From positions 3,302,612 to 3,366,611 of the forward strand of contig OZ246946.1 of the NCBI GenBank assembly GCA_965232015.1: a stretch of DNA of 64,000 bases, in the 5' to 3' direction. Below are positions 19,410 to 28,429 of the stretch, piece after piece. Numbering within the stretch: the first letter of the stretch is position 1; every line of letters starts with the position of its first letter. The position numbers were made by a program, and so were the translations under genes. The DNA comes from Vicinamibacteria bacterium. GTDB taxonomy: Bacteria > Acidobacteriota > Vicinamibacteria > Marinacidobacterales > Marinacidobacteraceae. Below the pieces are notes generated by a model. It was not told the origin of the DNA. It saw nothing but the letters and a program-made list of their open reading frames with translations, and did not search any database.

Positions 19410-19506
19410 GCGGGCCGCGCCGTTCGGCGCCCCCGGGAGGCATACTTCGGCTCGCTGGGCGCGCCCGCTCCGAGCTGGCGATGCCGGAGTGCGCCAGGGA
19501 GGGATC

Positions 19507-21933
19507 ATGCCGAACCTAAGCGGACGACCGAGAACTCCGGATCCCGGGTCCGGACGACATGGCCCGGAACACCTCGTCCGCGGCCTCGTCGCGCTGGGGG
19601 CAGCGGTCGTGCTGGCGGGATCGGCCTGCACCGCGCGTTCGGGGGCCACGAGTCCCACGCCTCGAGCCACCCCGCCGACCCCGGCTCCGACGCCCCCGCC
19701 CGAGCCCGAGCCGCCTCCGCCGCCGCGGGAGGTCGAGCCGCCTCCCGCCGATGTCTGCATCCCGACCCGCGACGGGTCCTGCCTGCCCGGTCCGGAGTTC
19801 CACGCGCAGGCCGAGGCGCTCGCCACCGACCACCTCGCCGACCCCGCCTTCGGCGCCCAGTGGGGACTCGAGTCCATCAACGCCCACCGCGCCTACGCGC
19901 ACGTGGATCTCCTCGAGGGCGAGGGCGTCGCCCCGGGTGAAGGCGTCACGCTCGGCTTCATTGACACCGGGATCGATCACGACCACCCGTCACTGGCCGG
20001 CAAGTGGATCCACGAGGTGCTCCTCCCCGGAGCGGAGGACGAGACCGGAGAGGACTACTCGCACGGCACGATGGTGGCCGGCGTCGCGGCCGGCGTCCCG
20101 ACGGGCAACAGCGGCTTCTCGCACGGGGTCGCGTGGGGCGCCGACATCGCCATGTGGGCCATCCCGCTCGGCTCGGGCGACGGGATCTACGACCCGCTTC
20201 CGGTGGACATCCTGGGCCTTGTGGACGGAGAGGACGCGGACCAGTTCCAGGCCGTCTTCGACTGGCGTGACGGAGAGCGGCGAGTGGACATCCTGAATCT
20301 CAGCTTCGGCTACCAGGGCATCATCGAGACCTACTCGGAGGAGGATCTCCGCACCTACTACTCGCAGACGCTCGAAGTGCTCGCCCAGGAGGGCGTCGCC
20401 GACCCGGTGCTCCTCGTCTGGGCGGCAGGCAACTCGAACGGCGACCGGTGCGGCTTCGGCACCGAGGGCTGCGAGGACGGGCGCTTCCAGGCGACTTCGG
20501 TGAGCCTCCTGCCCGGGCTCATGACCCGCATCGAGGAACTCCAGCCCCACTCGGTCGCGGTCGTCGCGCTCGGTCCGGATGGGGGCGCGATCGCCGAGTT
20601 CTCGAACCGCTGCGGCGTCGCCGCAGCGTTCTGCATCGCCGCGCCCGGTGAAGAGATCCGGGTCGCCTACTTCGGTCCAGACGAAGAGGATGTCGTCGTG
20701 AGGGGCGCCGTGGACGCCAACGGCACCTCGTTCGCCGCCCCGATGGTGAGCGGCGGGCTCGCGGTGATGAAGCAACTCTTCCGCGACCAGCTCTCGAATG
20801 TCGAGCTGCTGGACCGGCTGTTCCGAACCGCCGACGACACCGGCATCTACGCCGACCGCGAGATCTACGGCCGCGGCCGGATGGACCTCGGCGCCGCCAC
20901 CTCGCCGGTCGGTGTTCTCGACGTTCCCATCGGCGCGCACGGCGCCATGGTTGCGGCCTCGCTCGACTCCACGCAGCTCCGCATGGGGTCGGCGTTCGGT
21001 TCCGGGATCGGGGAGGCGCTCGCCGGGCGCGAGCTCATGGCGCTCGACGACTTCGGTGCCCCGTTCTGGTACAGCCTCGGGAGCTTCGCGGTCTCCACCG
21101 ATGGTCCCTCGCTCGCCCGGCGGCTCCGCACCTTCCTCCGGCCATCGCCGGGCGAAGACGGCGCGGGCGGTTGGACGCTCGCTTCGGCGACCGGTTCCTC
21201 CCGCATCGAGGGCGCGGCGCGGGGCCCCGGGTTCGGAGGCGCGACCGGCCACCTGTCGCTCGCCGAAGGAGCGCTCCTGCTCCCGGCCGGTTCCGGGGAC
21301 GGCTTCACCGCCGCCGCGTTCACCACCGGGCTCTCGCGTCCACAGCATCCGGCCGCCGGCGGGTCGCTGCGTTGGGCGCCGGGACGTCTCCCGGTAGGGC
21401 TCAGCGCCGGATGGATCCGGGAGCCGGAATCGCTCCTCGGCAGCGTCGGCCAGGGCGCCTTCGGGCAGCTCGCGGCCAGCACCGCATTCGGCGGGCTCGA
21501 CGGCGGCGTGACGGTCGGCCGCTGGAGCCTCGGCGCCCGGGGCGAGGTCGGCGTCGTGCGGCCGGAGGCGTGGGGCGGCGTCCTCCAGGACCTGTCGCTC
21601 CTCACGACCAGCACCTTCGAGCTCCACGCCGATGCGGCGTTCGGGGACGGCGGCGGCCTTCGTTTCTCGCTGTCGCAGCCGCTCCGGGTGGACCGGGGGC
21701 GGGCGTCGCTCCTCGTGCCGTCCGAGCGAACCCGTGACGGGGCGATCCGGCATCAGGCGATTGCGGCCGATCTCGCGCCGAACGGCCGCCAGCTCGACGC
21801 GGCGGCGGCCTGGCGCCGCCCGCTGGGGCTCGGCGAACTGCGGATCGGGGCGGTCTGGACCCGCTGGCCCGGGCATCAGGACCTGCCGGGCCACGGCCTG
21901 ACCCTCCTCTCCGGGTGGCGCTGGACGTTCTGA
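19507..21933 (+). CDS. S8 subtilase lipoprotein with Pro/Thr-rich linker and C-terminal autotransporter-like beta-domain
   Basis: Lipobox (VVLAGSAC). S8 motifs are present: Asp (GFIDTGIDHDHP), His (SHGTMVAG) and Ser (GTSFAAPMVSG). The C-terminus ends ...LLSGWRWTF. The start is chosen at MPNLSG; the ORF extends upstream to 19339. Confidence 0.75.
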   Translation: MPNLSGRPRTPDPGSGRHGPEHLVRGLVALGAAVVLAGSACTARSGATSPTPRATPPTPAPTPPPEPEPPPPPREVEPPPADVCIPTRDGSCLPGPEFHAQAEALATDHLADPAFGAQWGLESINAHRAYAHVDLLEGEGVAPGEGVTLGFIDTGIDHDHPSLAGKWIHEVLLPGAEDETGEDYSHGTMVAGVAAGVPTGNSGFSHGVAWGADIAMWAIPLGSGDGIYDPLPVDILGLVDGEDADQFQAVFDWRDGERRVDILNLSFGYQGIIETYSEEDLRTYYSQTLEVLAQEGVADPVLLVWAAGNSNGDRCGFGTEGCEDGRFQATSVSLLPGLMTRIEELQPHSVAVVALGPDGGAIAEFSNRCGVAAAFCIAAPGEEIRVAYFGPDEEDVVVRGAVDANGTSFAAPMVSGGLAVMKQLFRDQLSNVELLDRLFRTADDTGIYADREIYGRGRMDLGAATSPVGVLDVPIGAHGAMVAASLDSTQLRMGSAFGSGIGEALAGRELMALDDFGAPFWYSLGSFAVSTDGPSLARRLRTFLRPSPGEDGAGGWTLASATGSSRIEGAARGPGFGGATGHLSLAEGALLLPAGSGDGFTAAAFTTGLSRPQHPAAGGSLRWAPGRLPVGLSAGWIREPESLLGSVGQGAFGQLAASTAFGGLDGGVTVGRWSLGARGEVGVVRPEAWGGVLQDLSLLTTSTFELHADAAFGDGGGLRFSLSQPLRVDRGRASLLVPSERTRDGAIRHQAIAADLAPNGRQLDAAAAWRRPLGLGELRIGAVWTRWPGHQDLPGHGLTLLSGWRWTF

Positions 21934-23246
21934 CCCGCGCGGCGCGCGAGGATTCCGGCGTGCGCGCCGCCGCCTCCCGGGCAGGGTCTCGTTCGCTGCG
22001 CGTTCCGGCGTGGCGGATCGCGGCCCTGATCGTCGGCGGGATCGCCGTCGGCCCGACGGTCGAGCCCGCCGCCGCCACCGACCGCGCCGCTGAACTCGCC
22101 GAAGCGGAAGGGGTCGGAGCGCAGTGGCTGTTCGACTACGACTACGACCGTGCCGCCGCGCACTACGCCGGGGTCCGTGACGCCTATCCGAACCACCCGA
22201 CCGGCCCGTACCACCTCGCGACCGTTCTCTGGACCCGAGTCGCCCAGCGCGGCAACGGGATGCGGGGCTCCAGTCTCCGCAACGACCGCTACTTCTCGCA
22301 GACCCAGCGCGCCGACGCCACCCGCGAGGAAGGGGAAGCCTTCGCGGCGCACATCGCCGAGGCCTACCGCCGGGCCGATCGCATGCTCGCGACGCATCCG
22401 GAGGATCCGGAGGGGCTCTACTACCGGGGCGCGGCCGAGGCGCTCGAGTCGGGCTGGGCCATCGTGGTGGATCGGGCCTGGTTCCGCGCCGCCCGCACCA
22501 TCCGCCGTGCGACCGGGAGGCTTCGCCAGATCCAGCAGATCGCCCCGGAACTTCGCGACGCGTGGGCCGTCCCCGGCGCCTACGAGTACGGCATCGCCAC
22601 GCTGCCGCGTCCGCTCCGGATGCTCGCCTTCCTCTTCGGCGCCCGCGGGAACCGGGAGCGGGGACTCGAGGGGGTCCGGATCACCGCGGAAGAGGGTCGC
22701 CGGGCGAAGTGGGGGGCGCTGTGGACGTGGGCGCTCCTGATGCAGCGCGAGGGACGGGAGACGGAGGCGCTCGATGCAGTGCGCCGGCTCCGGCGCCAGT
22801 TCCCGCGGAACCCGGACTTCGCGCTCGAGGAGATCGGCGTACTGACGGCTCTCGACGAAACCGTGGAGGCGGAGCGGCAGGCCGACGCCTTCCTCGAGCG
22901 GCGCGACGCCGGCTTCGGGAACTACCACCTCGCCGCGTCGGGCCTGATCGAGCTGCGGCTCGGAGAGATCCTGCTGTTCGAGGAGCGCTGGGACGAGGCC
23001 GTCGCCGCGCTCAGCAGCGGCCTGGCGGCGGGGCCGGACGAGGTGACCGAGGCCACGCTCCTCTTCCGCCGCGGGAACGCCAGGGACGGCGCAGGACGGC
23101 GGGGGCAGGCCGCCACCGACTATTCGCGGGTCATGCGCTCCGGCGCCGACCCCCTCCTCGCCGAGTGGGCCGAGCAGCTCCGGCGCGACCCGTGGCCGGA
23201 GGGAGCGCCCGCCGGCTCCCGTCCCGAACCTCGCCACCGCGAGTAG
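21915..23246 (+). CDS. Hypothetical TPR-like repeat protein
   Basis: 443 aa, helical repeat-like sequence with an N-terminal hydrophobic segment. It overlaps the preceding gene by 19 nt. Confidence 0.45.
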   Translation: MALDVLTRAAREDSGVRAAASRAGSRSLRVPAWRIAALIVGGIAVGPTVEPAAATDRAAELAEAEGVGAQWLFDYDYDRAAAHYAGVRDAYPNHPTGPYHLATVLWTRVAQRGNGMRGSSLRNDRYFSQTQRADATREEGEAFAAHIAEAYRRADRMLATHPEDPEGLYYRGAAEALESGWAIVVDRAWFRAARTIRRATGRLRQIQQIAPELRDAWAVPGAYEYGIATLPRPLRMLAFLFGARGNRERGLEGVRITAEEGRRAKWGALWTWALLMQREGRETEALDAVRRLRRQFPRNPDFALEEIGVLTALDETVEAERQADAFLERRDAGFGNYHLAASGLIELRLGEILLFEERWDEAVAALSSGLAAGPDEVTEATLLFRRGNARDGAGRRGQAATDYSRVMRSGADPLLAEWAEQLRRDPWPEGAPAGSRPEPRHRE

Positions 23247-23740
23247 TGGCTACTCGACGTTAGTTCTCGTACCGTCGCCACGCCACGAGCGCCACATCCA
23301 CCGCGCCGCCTGAGCTGCTCGAGCGGAGTTCGGGCGGCTCAGGCACGGCGCGCATGAAGTGGACGCAGCGCTTCTGTTTGTGACTCATGGGAGGAGCTCT
23401 ACGAGAGGGACGACCAGGACGCAGGATCATCAACTTCTTGAGCGCGTACTCCCACGGGCGTGGCACACCTGATCCGGAGCGTGATATCACTGGTCTCCTG
23501 GAGGCGCCGGCGGTGATGAAAGACCTGCTTGACCTTGATCAAGTCGGAAGATCCAAATCACTATGCGAGGATGGCGGATGCGGTAGGCGAGAAACATGAG
23601 TGAGTGTCGGCGGGGCGAACCCTCCTGCCTGGAGTGTGGAACCGACGGGACGGCTGGGGAGGCTGTGGCGTTGTGGCGAGAGGAGGGGGCGGCAGCAGCG
23701 GAGGCGTGGGCCCTTGATCGTTGATGGCCTCGCGGGGAGC

Positions 23741-25110
23741 TCAGCGTGGGAGGGAGGCGAGGATGGCGGGGAGCCGCTCCACCAGGTAAAGCGGCAGCGA
23801 GAGGAGCCGGTAGCTGACTTCCGAGCGGCGGCCGTTTTCGCGCACGACGGTCCCGACCTCCTGGACCGAGGGCGGCGCCGCGTCGAACCGGACCGCGACC
23901 GGCGCTCTCTTCCGAGCCATGAACTGGTGGAGCGACTTCAGGCTGCCGCTCGCTCCGGCCTTGACTTCCACCGGAACGATGCGTCCGCCGAGAGCCACCA
24001 CGAAGTCCACTTCGGCGTTCGCCGAGCGCCGCTCGCGGAGCCAGTAGGTCAGCTCCCGATTCGCCGCGCCGGCAAGGAGCTCCTGCAGGTGCTGCCCGAT
24101 GAACTGCTCGGCCATCGCGCCCTCGTTGACCAGCCGGATCGAATCGAGCGCCCCGATGGACCTCCAGTCGAGGCCGCAGACCGCGTTCATCAACCCCACA
24201 TCGAGGAACAGGAGCTTGTACACCTTCGCGTCGGCCTCGGCCTGGAGCGGCAGCCCGCCACAGGCGCTGTGGGTGACTCGCAGCAGCACTCGCGCCAGGC
24301 ACAGCCGCGCGATGTCTTCCCGGATCGTCGCCGCCCGCACATCGCGAGCGAAGTGCACGTACTTGACTTTCCTGCCGGTGTAGCGGGCGGCGAGATTGAA
24401 GACCTGGACGATCCGCGCGAGGCTGCGCGAGCCGACGTAGCGCGGGAGGTCCTCCCGATAGGTTTCGATGATGGAGTGATGGACCTCGCTGGCCTCCCGC
24501 AGCCGACCCGACCTCGCGAAGGCCGCCACCGCTTCGGGCATGCCGCCGATGAACAGGTAGGTGCGAAGCCGTTCGAGGAGGCGGTTGTGGAGCGCCGGAT
24601 CCAGTCCGCGACCGATCTCGAACGTGGAGATCAGCTCGGCCAGCCGCTCTTCGCCGGCGCCCCGCAGGAACTCGGTGAAGGTCATGGGTCCCATATGGAG
24701 ATACGCCACCCGGCCCACGGGCATCCCCAGCCGATGCTCGGCGAGGGCGAAGTCCAGCAGGGAGCCTGCCGCCAGCACGGGGAGATCGCCGCGGTCTTCC
24801 CGCAGATAGCGGAGGGCTGGCAGGGCCTCCGGCACCGCCTGGATCTCGTCGAGGAACAGAAGCGAGCGCCGGCCGATCGGCCGGACGCCGGGCAAGGCTT
24901 CAAGGGTCCGGAGGAGGTGGGCTGGATCGTTCCGGGCGAAGGCGGGGCCGAGGTCGGGGTGCCGTTCGAGGTTGATCTCCGTCAGGGGCCGTTCCCACCG
25001 CTCGGCGAAGAGCCGCACCAGCGTGGACTTCCCGACCTGCCGGGCGCCTCTCAGGATGAGGGGCTTCCGGTCGGGGCGGTCCAGCCACGACCGAAGGGGG
25101 GTGAAGTGAC
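23741..25110 (-). CDS. AAA+ ATPase, DUF4143 family (COG1373), third paralog
   Basis: Walker A GARQVGKSTLV, Walker B LLFLDEIQ, and a DUF4143-like C-terminus (AEVDFVV). The start is proposed at TTG 25110 (..LFRRHFTPL..). The ORF extends to 25645 through low-complexity Arg/Pro sequence. Confidence 0.7.
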
Positions 25111-25255
25111 GACGGAACAATGAGACCTCTGGAGGGTGTCGCGGGGAGGCGTGGCGCCTGGTGTTCGGAACACACCTCTGTTTCAGCGACGAGTATGATA
25201 AAACAGAGATCTGTTTCGCCACTTCATCCGACGCGCCCGACTCTGTTGGCTGCAC

Positions 25256-25285
25256 ATGGAGCGTCCGACTCCGCCGGTTCTCCCG
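25256..25285 (+). promoter_or_regulatory. Second copy of the 30-nt motif GGAGCG(T)CCGACTCCGCCGGTTCTCCCGGT, ~150 nt upstream of mbfA
   Basis: It matches 28 of 30 positions of the motif at 329-358. It lies in the divergent intergenic region between the AAA gene (-) and mbfA (+). Confidence 0.35.
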
Positions 25286-25437
25286 GTAGGGGCCCGGCAC
25301 GGGTCGTCCCCTGCCGGCGCTGGGGCGCGATTCGTCGCGACCTTCCCGGGAGAAGGGTCGAGAGCTGCGCTCTGGGCGAGAGCGCTCCATGAAAGGGTGC
25401 CGGCATCTGGCTGCGTGCGGCACAATCCTCATGCCCC

Positions 25438-26538
25438 ATGACGAAGCGTGCGACCTCCCTGCGCGAGAGCTGGGAGAGCGAGGTGCAGGCGGCCTGGCTC
25501 TACCGCGTCCTCGCCGGAATCGAGTCCGGTGCGAACCGGAAGCTGTTCGAGGCGCTCGCCGAGGATGCCCTGGAACAGGGTCAGGCGTGGGTGCGCGAGA
25601 TCGAGAAGGCGGGCGACGCCGCTCCGGGCCCTTATCGCGCGACATTCCGGGTGCGGCTGGTGGGGTTCCTCCTGCGGCGCTTCGGGCCCCGATCGCTCCT
25701 CCCCGCCCTCGCTGCGCTCAAGGTCCGCGGCCTCTCCATCTACCGCTCCGGGCCGTCGAGCCTCGATGTCCTGAGCGAGCCGGAGGCGGGAACGGACGCG
25801 GAGCCGAAGGATCGTCACCTCCTCGACGAGGAGCGGCGTCACTTCTACGCTCGCGGCACCGTCGCCCTCCACGCCGCCGTTTTCGGCGTGAACGACGGCC
25901 TCGTGTCGAACACCGCGCTCGTCCTCGCCGTCGGGGGACTCGGCGGCGACCCGCGGACAGCGCTCCTGGTGGGCGGCGCCGGGATGCTCGCCGGAGCAGT
26001 CTCGATGGGCGCCGGCGAGTACCTGGGAACGCGGTCCCGGATCGAGCTCTTCGAACGGCAGATCGCGCTCGAGGAGGAAGAGCTGCGGCTCTATCCGGAA
26101 GAAGAGGCCGAGGAGCTGGCGCTCATCTTCGAGGCTCGCGGCCTGCCCCCGGACCAGGCGAACGAGCTGGGTCATCGCCTCATCGGCAATCCGGCGCGGG
26201 CGCTCGACGTGCTCTCCCGCGAGGAACTCGGCCTGAACCCCGACGACCTCGGCTCCCCGTGGACATCCGGCGCGGCGTCGTTCCTCAGCTTCGGAGCCGG
26301 GTCCGCGATCCCGCTCCTGCCGCTGCTCCTGCTGTCCGCTGGTCCCGTCTTTCTCGGCGCCGCGCTGGTCTCGGCGGGGGCGCTGTTCGCCGCCGGCGCC
26401 GCGACCAGCCTGTTCACCGGGAGGAAGGCGTGGAAGAGCGGTCTGCGGCTGGCGGCGGTCGGCGCCGCGCTGGGAGCGGGCCTGTTCGTGATCGCGCGGC
26501 TGGTCTCGTCCGCGGTCGCGCCCGGCGGATGGTCCTGA
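25438..26538 (+). CDS. mbfA: Membrane-bound ferritin-like/VIT1-CCC1 family iron (Fe/Mn) transporter (MbfA-like)
   Basis: 366 aa. N-terminal ferritin/rubrerythrin-like helices (EVQAAWLYRVLAG...). C-terminal VIT1 domain (HAAVFGVNDGLVSNTALVLAV...AGEYLG). Confidence 0.75.
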   Translation: MTKRATSLRESWESEVQAAWLYRVLAGIESGANRKLFEALAEDALEQGQAWVREIEKAGDAAPGPYRATFRVRLVGFLLRRFGPRSLLPALAALKVRGLSIYRSGPSSLDVLSEPEAGTDAEPKDRHLLDEERRHFYARGTVALHAAVFGVNDGLVSNTALVLAVGGLGGDPRTALLVGGAGMLAGAVSMGAGEYLGTRSRIELFERQIALEEEELRLYPEEEAEELALIFEARGLPPDQANELGHRLIGNPARALDVLSREELGLNPDDLGSPWTSGAASFLSFGAGSAIPLLPLLLLSAGPVFLGAALVSAGALFAAGAATSLFTGRKAWKSGLRLAAVGAALGAGLFVIARLVSSAVAPGGWS

Positions 26539-26546
26539 GTGGGGCG

Positions 26547-27395
26547 ATGACCAGGGCCGGCCTCGCCGCGGCTCTGCTCCTCGTGATGGGCGGGGCGGGC
26601 TGCGGCGACGGGGCGCAGCCGACCGCTCCGGTGACGCCGCCGGTTCCCCCGCCGTCACCCGTCGTGGATCTCCCGGCCGATCCGGAGGTCCTGTTTCTCG
26701 TCATCGACATGGGCGGCGGCTTCGTGCCCATCGGGTATTCGCTCGGCCTGCCCCCGCTGTTCGCCCTGTCGGTCGCCGGCGAGCTCTGGTCCCGCGCTCC
26801 GGCGCCGGAGATCTATCCGGGCCCGCTGGTTCCCGGCATCGTGCACTCCCGGGTGGATCCGGCAGGCGTCCAGACGGTTCTCCGGCTCATCGCCGAGCTC
26901 GGACTTCCCGATGTGGCGGTGGACGATCTGGAGATGATCCGCCAGCCCGAGGACGGCCCCATCCTCGCCGACGCTCCCGGGGTCGAGGTCCGGTTCACCA
27001 GCCCCGATGGCCCCCACCGCCTGTTCATCGAGGCGTTCGGTTCGTCGTATCACCGCGACCCTCGCGTGGATCTGGTCCGCGATCTGGTGGAGCGCCTCGG
27101 CGGGACGGCGCAATCCGACGGCGACCGGTGGGGCGGGGAGCGCGTCCAGGTGTGGGCGGGTCCCGATACCGGCCACGACGAGACCGTTCTCAGGCGGGAG
27201 CCGTGGCCGCTGCCCGATCCTCCTCCACCTCCCGAGGAGTACTTCGACTGTCAGGTCTTCGAAGGGGCGATCGCCCGGGAGCTGATGGAGGTGTTCGAGG
27301 CGGCGGACCACGGCGTCCGCTGGGAGTACGAAGGAGAGCTCCACCAGGTGCTCGCGCGGTGGCTCATCCCCGGCGAACCCGGCTGCGAGAGCTGA
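26547..27395 (+). CDS. Hypothetical lipoprotein
   Basis: MTRAGLAAALLLVMGGAGCGDG lipobox, then a Pro-rich linker. The six-frame ORF 25389-27395 spans this gene and the mbfA frame; the upstream part is rejected. Confidence 0.5.
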   Translation: MTRAGLAAALLLVMGGAGCGDGAQPTAPVTPPVPPPSPVVDLPADPEVLFLVIDMGGGFVPIGYSLGLPPLFALSVAGELWSRAPAPEIYPGPLVPGIVHSRVDPAGVQTVLRLIAELGLPDVAVDDLEMIRQPEDGPILADAPGVEVRFTSPDGPHRLFIEAFGSSYHRDPRVDLVRDLVERLGGTAQSDGDRWGGERVQVWAGPDTGHDETVLRREPWPLPDPPPPPEEYFDCQVFEGAIARELMEVFEAADHGVRWEYEGELHQVLARWLIPGEPGCES

Positions 27396-27411
27396 CGCTC
27401 ACCCACTGAAC

Positions 27412-27640
27412 ATGAGGATCCGCCTCTCGCGACCGCTGAGGCCGGTCGGGGCTCTCGCGCTCGCCGCCGGGCTCGCGACTCCCGCCGACGCGGCCGAGTT
27501 CGACCCCGACGCCTTCCACCGCTTCGTGGAGCGGGCGGCCTCCGACTGGAACGCGACCGGGCTCGCGGTGGCGGTCATCCAGAACGACGAGCTGCTCTTC
27601 GCCCGGGGATATGGAGTCCTCGAGCGCCGCGTCGAGGAAC
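27412..27640 (+). pseudogene. N-terminal stub of a beta-lactamase-family (serine hydrolase) gene, interrupted by the integrase remnant
   Basis: Signal peptide plus 'GLAVAVIQNDELLFARGYGV', typical of the class C/DD-peptidase-like N-terminus. Homology stops after ~75 codons and the frame continues into integrase-like sequence. Confidence 0.45.
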
Positions 27641-28354
27641 GCGGCCACCTGCCGATGGCTCACACGATCCTCCAGACCTGCGGGCGGGTGCTACGCCACG
27701 CTGTGGCGGCGGGCCGTGCGGAGCGGGACGTTTCGTGGGACCTGCGCGGGGCACTGCCGCCCACCAAGATCAAACACTACGCCGCAATCACCGACCCCAA
27801 GGAGGTCGCCCCGCTGCTCCGGCTTCTGCTACTCGGGAACGCTTCCCGTCCGCTGCGCGCTCCGCCTGTTGCCGCTGCTCTTCGTACGGCCCGGCGAGTT
27901 GCGGAAGGCCGAGTGGGCCGGCACCGATCTGGAGTCGGCCGAGTGGCGCTACACGGTCGGCAAGACCGGTACGCCGCACATCGTTCCGCTGGCGCGTCAG
28001 TCGGTCGGGATTCTGCGCGAGGTTTACACGCTGACCGGGCATCACCGCTTCGTCTTCCCGAACGCGCGCTATCCGAGGCGGGAGCGGTCGATGAGCCCCG
28101 CCACGCTGTTGGGCGCGTTCCGGGCGCTGGACATACCGAGCGACCGGATGTCCCTTCACGGATTCCGCGCCATGGCGCGGACGATTCTGGACGAGGTGCT
28201 GGGCTTCCGGCCCGACTTCATCGAGCACCAATTGGCCCACCGCGTCAGGGATCCGAACTGTCGCGCCTACAACCGGACGAAGTTCCTGCCCGAGCGGCGC
28301 GTGATGATGCAGGCTTGGGCCGACTATCTGGACCGGCTCCGGGCAGGGGAATAG
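27640..28354 (+). pseudogene. Tyrosine recombinase (P4-type phage integrase) 3' fragment with one internal frameshift; N-terminal ~150 aa missing
   Basis: Integrase-like blocks are present: RVLRHAVAAGRAERDVSWDLRGALP...KHYAAITDPKEV (frame 1), then ALRLLPLLFVRPGELRKAEW...HIVPL...HGFRAMARTILDE...IEHQLAH...AYNRTKFLPERRVMMQAWADYLD (frame 2). Confidence 0.7.
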
Positions 28355-28429
28355 GCCTAATCGGCTTGCTGGAATCGGTGGTCGGCATCGCCGGAATGGG
28401 CAGCTGGCCGCTGTTCCCGCTGCCTTGGC

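Noticed and set aside
17990-19880. ORFs 17990-19519 (+, 509 aa) and 18576-19880 (-, 434 aa) overlapping the membrane-protein gene.
   Set aside because: Their translations are Arg-rich and low-complexity. The 17688 frame follows the upstream gene by 12 nt and has TM helices, although its own confidence is only moderate.
19990-21894. 634-aa ORF antisense to the S8 lipoprotein gene, and 20865-21614 (-).
   Set aside because: These are antisense artefacts. The sense frame has a complete S8 catalytic triad.
23250-23740. Lower-GC 0.5-kb gap containing small ORFs (23260-23490 -, 23387-23599 +).
   Set aside because: The small ORFs have no recognisable features. The region is more likely a promoter or terminator intergenic spacer between the TPR gene and the convergent AAA ATPase gene. 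It is noted only as an AT-richer spacer.
23600-25123. 507-aa plus-strand ORF, and 23487-24302 (-), overlapping the third DUF4143 ATPase.
   Set aside because: They have no motifs. The minus-strand frame carries Walker A/B and DUF4143-like sequence.
25389-27395. Single 668-aa ORF spanning mbfA and the downstream lipoprotein.
   Set aside because: The first ~380 codons overlap the well-supported mbfA frame and are Arg/Gly-rich. Only the distal part, from ATG 26547 with a lipobox, looks real.
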